NCBI GenBank assembly: GCA_040007015.1
Contig: JBDTVX010000001.1
Coordinates: forward strand, 1 to 55,699
Length of the DNA: 55,699 nt
Source of the DNA: Ferruginibacter sp.
GTDB lineage: Bacteria; Bacteroidota; Bacteroidia; Chitinophagales; Chitinophagaceae
Direction of reading: 5' to 3'
The position numbers and the translations under genes were made by a program. The notes beneath the pieces were generated by a model. The model saw only the letters and a list, made by a program, of their open reading frames with translations, ran no database searches and was not told where the DNA came from. Positions within the stretch are counted from its first letter, which is position 1, and every line of letters starts with the position of its first letter. Of this stretch, positions 48,515-55,699 are shown piece after piece.

Positions 48515-50251
48515 CTATACTAATTCTGATAAATGTTTATAATTGGATTTAACCGTATCCAATACTTCATCCATGCGTCCGCCCAATATCAGTTTGCTCA
48601 TAGATAAAGCGTAGCCCTTTACCTGCTCCCATTCTAATTTGGGTGGCATGGCCAATGAAGCAGGGTTCGTCATGATATTGATCAAAACCGGGCCGTCTTC
48701 AGCAAAAGCTTGTCTCAGGGCGTCTTCCACTTCAGCCGGCTGGTGAACCGTAATTCCCCTGAATCCCATCGCCTGTGCCACCAGGGCAAAGTCGGGATTT
48801 ACCATATCCGTTTCATTATCAGGCAAACCCTCCACCTCCATTTCCAGTTTTACCATGCCTAATGCCCTGTTATTGAATACCACCAACTTTACCGGAAGGC
48901 GATATTGCTGAATAGTTGCCAGGTCGCCTAATAACATAGACAATCCGCCATCTCCGCAAAAAGCAATAACCTGTCTTGCCGGGTAAACCAGCGATGCGCC
49001 GATTGCCATAGGCATCGCATTGGCCATAGAGCCGTGATTAAATGAACCAAGCATTTCCCTTTTACCGGTTGATTGTATATACCGGGCGCCCCACACGCAG
49101 CACATGCCTGTATCTACGGTAAAGATGGCGTCTTCATCAGCCAATTCATTTACCGTGGACGCCACAAACTCAGGACTTATTTTGTCTTCGCTTCCCTGGT
49201 CAAGAACATATGTTTGTAAGTGATGTTTTACTTTATCGTACAGGTTTAACTGTGCCTTCAAGAAACTGTCGTCTGTTTTGTCTTTTATCAAAGGCAGCAA
49301 AGCCTGAACGGTGTCTTTAATTTTACCACAAAGCCCCATCGCCAGTTTTGCGCGGCGGCCCAGTCTTTCAGGTTTTTCATCTACCTGTATAATTTTATTT
49401 TTTGCGGGCATGAAAGGGGTATAAGGAAAATCGGTACCCAACAATAATACCACATCAGATTCATGCATGCTGTGATAGGCTGAAGGAAGCCCGAGCAGGC
49501 CTGTCATCCCTACTTCATAGGGGTTATTATATTGCATGCCCATTTTACCACGAAATGAATAACCGATGGGGGCTTTCAGCAAAGCAGCCAGCGCAATGAT
49601 CTCATCGTGCGCTTCTTTTGCACCTATGCCACAGAAAACAGATATTTTAGTTCCCTGGTTCAGCAACCCTGCCATGAGTTCAAGCTCGGTATCGGCCGGC
49701 CGCATAATCGTTTGGCTCCTGTAGTTATGCATGGCGCTAATGCTTTCTTCAGCAGGTAAAGCAGATACATCCCCGGGCAATCCGAACACGGCAACTCCTT
49801 TGTGGTGAATAGCATGTTGTATGGCGGATTGCAACATGCGTGCCGCCTGTGCAGCTGTTGAAGCCACCTGGTTATAACAACTGCAATCATCAAACAATTT
49901 TATAGTATTGGTTTCCTGGAAATAATCAGTGCCAAAATCTTTCGTATTGATTGTAGAAGCAATAGCAATTACTGGCACACCCGAACGATGGGCATCATAC
50001 AATCCGTTGATTAAATGCACATGCCCCGGACCACAGCTACCGGCACAGCAGGCCAGTCCATCCAGTTCTGCTTCAGCGGCTGCAGCATAGGCCCCCGCTT
50101 CTTCATGCCGTACATGGATCCATTTGATCTTCCCGCTTCTTCTCACGGCATCATTCAATTGGTTCAGGCTATCGCCGGTTACGGCATAAATTCTTTTTAC
50201 GCCGTTTTCCGCGAGCATTTCTACTATCTGATCTGCTACATTTTTACTCAT
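48515..50251 (-). CDS. poxB: TPP-dependent pyruvate oxidase / pyruvate:quinone oxidoreductase
   Basis: GDSLN, VRHEEAGAYAAAAEA, GSCGPGHVHLINGLYDAHRS, YFQET, SFNHGSMANAMP, TPP motif GDGG...NN. Confidence 0.93.
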   Translation of the reverse strand: MSKNVADQIVEMLAENGVKRIYAVTGDSLNQLNDAVRRSGKIKWIHVRHEEAGAYAAAAEAELDGLACCAGSCGPGHVHLINGLYDAHRSGVPVIAIASTINTKDFGTDYFQETNTIKLFDDCSCYNQVASTAAQAARMLQSAIQHAIHHKGVAVFGLPGDVSALPAEESISAMHNYRSQTIMRPADTELELMAGLLNQGTKISVFCGIGAKEAHDEIIALAALLKAPIGYSFRGKMGMQYNNPYEVGMTGLLGLPSAYHSMHESDVVLLLGTDFPYTPFMPAKNKIIQVDEKPERLGRRAKLAMGLCGKIKDTVQALLPLIKDKTDDSFLKAQLNLYDKVKHHLQTYVLDQGSEDKISPEFVASTVNELADEDAIFTVDTGMCCVWGARYIQSTGKREMLGSFNHGSMANAMPMAIGASLVYPARQVIAFCGDGGLSMLLGDLATIQQYRLPVKLVVFNNRALGMVKLEMEVEGLPDNETDMVNPDFALVAQAMGFRGITVHQPAEVEDALRQAFAEDGPVLINIMTNPASLAMPPKLEWEQVKGYALSMSKLILGGRMDEVLDTVKSNYKHLSELV

Positions 50252-50365
50252 GTCACAAATTTTTAAATCCTGGTTATCAGTTTGTTTATTTACCGCTATG
50301 GCATGATTTTATTGTGTATAAAATGGCTGGGCCTAATGCCATTTAGTTAAGCGAGAGGTTTATTT

Positions 50366-50502
50366 CGCCCGTTAGTGAACGGACGGCTGGTGGTTAGCTC
50401 ATAATTTATCATTCAAATGGTCTTGTATTTGCACCATGCGTTCCTACGGAACGCTAAAAAATGAATCAATTTTTCTGCCCACCCATTGTTCCTACGAAAC
50501 AT
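50366..50502. repeat. Degenerate REPIN-like element of the CCGTAGG/CCTACGG class
   Basis: gcgttcctacggaacgc hairpin plus tgttcctacgaaaca and cccgttagtgaacgg remnants. Confidence 0.55.
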
Positions 50503-50614
50503 AATACCTTGCTGAATCTTTAAACTAAGACATTGGGCCGCCGCCTGTTTTACCACCGGTCGGCACCGAAGGTCAGACCGGTGATAATTTTGGAGGGCAA
50601 TGCCTAAAATTTGT

Positions 50615-51088
50615 CTATTTTAAATGCGCCCTTAGCATCCACGCCATTTTCTCATGTGTTTCCATTAGTCCGGTAATATAATCACTGCTGCCAGCATCAT
50701 GAAGGGAAGATGCGTAATCGTCTATATTTTCCCGCAAATGGATCAGTATGCTTTCATGATCATCCAGCAGTTCTTTAATAAATCCCAGGCTATCGTTTTT
50801 TCCCCTGGATTGCTCTGTAAGATGCGTAAGTTCGAGGTATTCCTTTAAAGAAGCAGGCGGGTAATGGCCAAGGGTTCTGATACGCTCAGCCATGTCATCA
50901 ATGATCTGTTCCAATTCCCCGTATTGTTTTTCAAAAAATGTGTGTTTGTTGTAAAAGTCGGGGCCTTCTACGTTCCAATGTGCTTTACGTGTTTTTGTAT
51001 ATAGCACAAATTCGTCTGCGAGGATCTTACCCAGAGAATGCGCTACTGCAGCAAGGTTTTCTTGTTTAATACCAATTTTTGTTTCCAT
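50615..51088 (-). CDS. dps: Dps DNA starvation/stationary-phase protection protein
   Basis: LADEFVLYTKTRKAHWNVEGPDF..H.FFE, DDMAERIRTLG, HEKMAWMLRA; start at ATG 51088, downstream of a TATCTTTG box. Confidence 0.96.
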   Translation of the reverse strand: METKIGIKQENLAAVAHSLGKILADEFVLYTKTRKAHWNVEGPDFYNKHTFFEKQYGELEQIIDDMAERIRTLGHYPPASLKEYLELTHLTEQSRGKNDSLGFIKELLDDHESILIHLRENIDDYASSLHDAGSSDYITGLMETHEKMAWMLRAHLK

Positions 51089-51121
51089 TTTTTTATTTTT
51101 GTTGTATGAACTAATAGTTTG

Positions 51122-51129
51122 CAAAGATA
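51122..51129 (-). promoter_or_regulatory. Bacteroidota -7 promoter box for dps
   Basis: Minus-strand TATCTTTG about 33 nt upstream of the dps ATG. Confidence 0.55.
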
Positions 51130-51412
51130 CCTGCTCAAGGGGTATTTTGGCTGTTTCCTTAACCAAAGGGAAGGTTAATAAACCTCCCCGCATCAAAAAT
51201 TCGCCCCTTTCTCCCGGCAGGCGAAACTACTGAGTTGAATTTGCCGACGCAAATATTCTGTTGGAATTTTAGCAATTGGGCAGGGAAAAAATCCGGGTAG
51301 GAATTAAAATAGTGAATTTACCGGCCTGTAAAAATCTCCGCGGTAAATGAATATTTTTCCTTTACTTATGCACGTCCTCCGGCAATTGTTTTTACAAGTC
51401 TCCATGTGCTAT

Positions 51413-52171
51413 CTACCAGGCCCTTTTTTTATAATATTTTATATTATTCACCGGATGAAATTTCTTTATTAAAAGCAATCCTGCAATAAAACCGCCGATA
51501 TGCGCCGCATAGGCTATTCCGCTGGCTTCGCTTCCCCCGAGATATCCTGTACCGTTGGCCAGTTGAAGCAATATCCATGACCCCAAAACAATAAATGCGG
51601 GTACGGGTATAAATAAAAATATAATAAGAACAGTAACCCTCCTGGTAGGAAAGAGTAGTAAATATCCACCCATTACCCCTGATATAGCGCCAGAAGCGCC
51701 CAGGCTGGGGATTAAATGATTTTCACCAAAAATATAATCGGTAAAAACATGTGTCAGTGAAGCAATAACACCGCATAAAAGGTAAAAGAAAAAATAGCGC
51801 ACATGCCCAAGCCTGTCTTCCAGGTTGTCACCAAATACCCACAGGTAAAGCATATTTCCTCCAAGGTGGGCAAAGCCTCCATGCATAAACATAGATGTTA
51901 TAAGCGTTAACCATACTGGGATTGCAGTGATTCCCAACCCTGGAATTTCCACCTGCTTTCCGCTTACAGGATCATTTACTATTACCGGGGCCGTAACTAT
52001 ATCATGGCCGCTCAATATTTCAGCGGGCACGGTGGCATAACTATAAGTGAAACCAAGATTGCTCCCGAAATTTTGATAATATACAAAAACAAGTATATTA
52101 GCTGCGATAAAAATATAATTTACAAATGGTATTGTTTTGCTGTCCGAATTATCGTCGCTGATAGGGATCAT
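51413..52171 (-). CDS. Rhomboid-family intramembrane serine protease
   Basis: TSMFMHGGFAHLGGNMLYLWVFG, catalytic GASG, AYAAHIGGF. Confidence 0.95.
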   Translation of the reverse strand: MIPISDDNSDSKTIPFVNYIFIAANILVFVYYQNFGSNLGFTYSYATVPAEILSGHDIVTAPVIVNDPVSGKQVEIPGLGITAIPVWLTLITSMFMHGGFAHLGGNMLYLWVFGDNLEDRLGHVRYFFFYLLCGVIASLTHVFTDYIFGENHLIPSLGASGAISGVMGGYLLLFPTRRVTVLIIFLFIPVPAFIVLGSWILLQLANGTGYLGGSEASGIAYAAHIGGFIAGLLLIKKFHPVNNIKYYKKRAW

Positions 52172-52337
52172 AGCGCTTGTTTATATATTACAAGATATGA
52201 ACATTATTGAATATGTATCTCACATTTTACCAGGTTGATTAGCCGGGAAGGCTTCTTTTTTTCGAGGCCGCTGAAAACATGGTATTTACCATCAGCGACT
52301 ATTAACCGGGGCTTTATTTAAAAGTGGAATTTAATAA

Positions 52338-52364
52338 TTTTTTACCCTGCACAGGGTAAAAAAA
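52338..52364. terminator. Rho-independent terminator after the lysozyme gene
   Basis: ttttttaccctg-ca-cagggtaaaaaaa; U tract on the minus strand. Confidence 0.7.
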
Positions 52365-52365
52365 G

Positions 52366-52821
52366 TCATGAAAAGTATAAGTCGGCCTCCTCTTTTCTTC
52401 TGTTGGCTAATCCCTGCACCACCACCAGGTTGCCATCAACATGTGCTTTGTCCCACATCATAAACGCATCGCGAATGGATGGATCTGACGGATCGGCATT
52501 AACACGTTTCAATAATGTTGAACCCCGCAATGCCTGTATTCCCGCATTGTACACAAAGCTCACCAATGCGTCGAATTGTTTTTGGTTAACTGCTGATTGC
52601 AGTGCGTTGTTTACGGCAACGGATTTCATGTTCACTTCCCATTCGAAGGCCGATTGTGCTATTTCGGGGGTTATGCTATCGCCTTTTTTTACGGGAATAC
52701 TATTTTCTTACAATATGGTTCCATAACCAATTGTCCATATCCCGGCGTTATCCTGGTATGCGTTAAGTTTTAATCCTTCCTTCTTTTTAATAAAATCATA
52801 ACATGTAGTATCTGGGGTCAT
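52366..52821 (-). pseudogene. GH24 (phage-type) lysozyme interrupted by an in-frame TAA
   Basis: From ATG 52821: MTPDTTCYDFIKKKEGLKLNAYQDNAGIWTIGYGTIL*ENSIPVKKGDSIT...NQKQFDALVSFVYNAG...GLANRRKEEADLYFS; E-x8-D-x5-T triad intact; stop at 52708-52710. Confidence 0.9.
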
Positions 52822-52901
52822 AAAAATATTTCTTTTGCCTACTCTTCGATCCCGTTTTCGGCCGACCGGGTTAATATTTTTTCCGATGTTGATATATTAT
52901 A

Positions 52902-53429
52902 TCAGGGCACAAGGCTATCAGCTATTTTTTCCACAATATTTCCAATAGCATAAGGCACAGAATTATTACGCAGCCTGTTCCGTTGAAATGAATGTGTAAA
53001 GCCCAGCTTGTGGCACCATTCATGAGCATAGTGATTGGCAAGTTCAGCCATTTTCATCCCGTCAAACATAACCGAATAAGTAAATATTTCTTTGGTGCCG
53101 GGGTTGCTATATCCTATTACATCTCCATCTGATCCGTTTACGAGGGCGAGGTATAAATCCATGATGCTGTCGCCGGTATTGCCCGGTGTTTCTACCCCGT
53201 TCATGATGATATTATATATTTCCTGGTTGGTATATGGTATGTCTAACCATTTGTCAAAAAAGTTTTTTTGAAAGTAAAACCTGTTACTGCCATCCGTTTG
53301 AAAATTCAGTACTTCATTCTTAAATTGATCACTATTCAAAACGGTTTGAATAATTACCAGGATTTGATTCAGCGTATCCAGCCTTTTCCCGGTATAGTTA
53401 TTTGACTCAGCAAGGTTGATCGTTATCAT
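52902..53429 (-). CDS. Small zincin metalloprotease-like protein
   Basis: HEWCHKLGFTH (HExxHxxGxxH), VIGYS strand, SVPYAIG; no signal peptide. Confidence 0.75.
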   Translation of the reverse strand: MITINLAESNNYTGKRLDTLNQILVIIQTVLNSDQFKNEVLNFQTDGSNRFYFQKNFFDKWLDIPYTNQEIYNIIMNGVETPGNTGDSIMDLYLALVNGSDGDVIGYSNPGTKEIFTYSVMFDGMKMAELANHYAHEWCHKLGFTHSFQRNRLRNNSVPYAIGNIVEKIADSLVP

Positions 53430-53762
53430 GTTTGATTTTACCGGTTATTCAAATCCCTCTTTCGCTTAACCGGTGTTTGGCAATTTAAATAAAATAACAG
53501 TAAAATGTGTCCATTAACAAGCCATTAAAAAATACAATCGATTAACGCCTGGTACATAAAAAGCCTTGGTAGCAAACCTATTAAAACTGATGATCAACCC
53601 TCAACGAAAATTTGGGAAGCAACGGCCATATAAGTCACAGGAATAAATTCTAATACCAACATAAAATGTGTCCGCAGGTTATTGATGTCATCATTTAATA
53701 ACGGGTAATGATTTCACAACAAAACTTATCTCTTCCAGCCAAATCAGCAGGGTTAAAAAAAT

Positions 53763-54183
53763 TTATTCTTCATCATCATCTTCTTCTTTAACATGCTTAC
53801 TTACCTCTTTTGAAAACTCACCAATACCATTAACCACCCCTCCAATATCTTTAGATAATATGGCCGTTCCAATATTTATCACAGTTGCGGCAATATTCAT
53901 TACATCCTGAACCCTTTTAATTTTTTGTAAAGCCTCATTCAGGTCCTCTGTCGACTGCTTTAAAGAATCCAATGATTCACTGAATCCTGTGCCTTTTCAA
54001 CGACTGCAAGCCCCGCAATCATCGTGGAATTATCAACAATTGAATTTATCCTTCTACCCAGATCCTGGAATTCGGTAATTGATAACTTATTTGCATCGCT
54101 AATTTATACTCCAGTAATACGGACGCTATTTTTTGATAATCTTTAGCTAACTGAGCTAGTTGATTTGTTGACAGGTGGTGCAT
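53763..54183 (-). pseudogene. About 140-aa helical protein with C-terminal hydrophobic hairpin, broken by two -1 frameshifts
   Basis: Three consecutive frames join if one A is added at each of two A-runs (about 54103-54105 and 53994-53997): MHHLSTNQLAQLAKDYQKIASVLLEYK/ISDANKLSITEFQDLGRRINSIVDNSTMIAGLAVVEK/GTGFSESLDSLKQ...VMNIAATVINIGTAILSKDIGGVVNGIG. 421 nt + 2 = 141 codons. Confidence 0.7.
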
Positions 54184-54192
54184 ACATTCAGT

Positions 54193-54706
54193 TTATTTTT
54201 GACTAGATTTTTTTAACTTTTTAAACTCACTTAATATTGCTTCCATATCGGTTGCATACCGGATATTAAGTTCTCTAAAGTCTTTATTTGTTAAACTATC
54301 CGACTTTTTATTTAATTCATTATGCGCAAGTTTGATAGTATCCAATGCGGCAATAAATTTACCTGAAAGAACTGCATATTTTTCAAAGGTTGCCCTCTTT
54401 ACCATATACTCCTCATATATCCTGGCTTTTTCAAGGGGCGATAATAAAGCCTCGTTGGTTTTAAAGTAATCACTATATAAATTAGGTAACTTGGTATCAT
54501 GATCATTTTTTAACAGAATATCTTTGAAGAAATCATTCATACTTCTTCTATATGTGGTAATGACTATTTCAAAATCCGGATTAGATTTCTTTATAATTTC
54601 TTTTAATTTTCTTTTCCTGTATAAATCCATTAAGTCGTTACTGATAATAGTAGCAAGTTTACCTAATGAAGTTATTTCATCACTTGAAAACGGCTTTTTG
54701 GGAAAA
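54193..54706 (-). pseudogene. All-helical protein, apparently 5'-truncated
   Basis: Frame stays open for 25 codons upstream of Met 54630 (FPKKPFSSDEITSLGKLATIISNDL-MDLYRKRKLKEII), up to the stop of the neighbouring gene, with no start codon; ends 9 nt before the 54183 ATG. Confidence 0.6.
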
Positions 54707-55213
54707 TCAAAAATCTGCTGAAGCGTATTGGAGTATGTTTTCTTTTGCGAAAGGCAAAAATAGATACCAGCAAAGTCCTAGTAAATAACAATTGTTATCA
54801 ATTGCCTGACTGCTGACGGATAAAATATTCTGTGTGGCGGTTTTGCTGGTGGGTAAACTACAGTTTGCAACTTTTTTATGAAGGTCGTTCTCATAAATGG
54901 TCAGCTCCGGTAAAGGATCGCTATGTAACTGATATAGATATTTTTTCGTATCTATTACGAGGGAGCCTTCCTTAGGATGAAATTTGTCGTGTAGCAGGTT
55001 ACCGATCTCCATACCATATTCGTTTCTAAAAATTGTTTTACCGCTTAATGAACCGGCGCTTTCCAAAAAAAATAAACGGTGATTGTTGCCACTGGTGATC
55101 CTGGCTGATTGGTGGAGGGGATTATATTTAATAATTACTTTGCATGCATTATTATCGATTAACCTGTATTCCTGCAAGGAAGAACGTTCGTTAGTAATTA
55201 CTTCCCATTTCAT
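54707..55213 (-). CDS. Hypothetical protein
   Basis: 168-aa ORF with AT-rich start context and beta-rich composition (RLFFLE, FRNEYGMEIG, LLGLCWYLFLP); no function recognised. Confidence 0.75.
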   Translation of the reverse strand: MKWEVITNERSSLQEYRLIDNNACKVIIKYNPLHQSARITSGNNHRLFFLESAGSLSGKTIFRNEYGMEIGNLLHDKFHPKEGSLVIDTKKYLYQLHSDPLPELTIYENDLHKKVANCSLPTSKTATQNILSVSSQAIDNNCYLLGLCWYLFLPFAKENILQYASADF

Positions 55214-55699
55214 ATGTTAATCATTTAACCACAAAGGTTAACCTTTTTATAAAATAAAACTACCCTTTGTGTAAGCAGGTAACAATTATTTAATATTGGA
55301 ACCAACTTATTATTAAATTTAAAAGCCCCGTCAAACCTTTTCCCAATGTGAGGAAGACATGCAGTATGTTTAATGTTTTCTGATAAAAAGATATATAATC
55401 CTCTACAAAGGATAAAAAAACTAACACTTTGCGGTATTGTTTAGTTGAATAAACTGTCGTCTATTTGTATTGTTTAATTCAGAGAAGAAAGCGCTTCAAC
55501 CCAAGAATAAAAAATTTGCGCCCGTTTTCATCCGTCTATTACCCTGAAGGGTTAAAAAAGTAGTTTTTCTCGCTCCCGAACTGGCCCCTGTTCCGACTTC
55601 CCGGAACGGGGTATTTTATTAAATACCCGCTTGGCTAAATATTTTACTAAAAAATACTAAATTTATTAGTGTTAATAAAAGAAAGCTATTATCTTTGAT

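Noticed and set aside
51089-51196. 36-aa N-terminal extension of Dps
   Set aside because: It overlaps the TATCTTTG promoter box; the ATG at 51088 gives a normal-length Dps.
52708-52710. Stop-codon reassignment (alternative genetic code)
   Set aside because: TAA terminates many intact genes in the window (acnA, spt, susC) and only one gene shows an internal TAA.
52366-53429. Prophage lysis module
   Set aside because: No holin, spanin, structural, replication or integrase genes nearby; a lone GH24 gene is insufficient.

Overview
This is 55.7 kb of bacterial chromosome, almost certainly Bacteroidota and probably Chitinophagaceae-like. That is inferred from a SusC/SusD pair, a serine palmitoyltransferase-type enzyme, TAnnTTTG promoter boxes and AT-rich start regions without Shine-Dalgarno sequences. 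The window is a mosaic of housekeeping and stress genes (acnA, pepE, pyruvate oxidase, dps, tRNA-Gly-CCC, oxidoreductases, a LytS/LytTR pair) and accessory genes. It is rich in peptidases: M28, S51, a protealysin-like M4 with an emfourin-like inhibitor, a large M4 plus beta-propeller protein, a reprolysin-like metzincin, a small zincin and a rhomboid. The most interesting signals are: (i) a decaying four-gene cassette at 52.4-54.7 kb (truncated helical protein, doubly frameshifted hydrophobic-hairpin partner, zincin, nonsense-interrupted GH24 lysozyme) that may be an undescribed envelope-attack module; (ii) two unrelated exported proteases that both end in the same SGNW-x5-WSNN-x2-P module instead of a canonical T9SS CTD; (iii) an effector-less STAND NTPase with about 16 TPRs whose variation is confined to one helix; (iv) a candidate promoter-driven structured RNA at about 11.24 kb; (v) several families of nested palindromic REP/REPIN-like elements. 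I found no CRISPR array, rRNA, integrase, transposase or reverse transcriptase. All family calls come from motif recognition by eye, not database searches.
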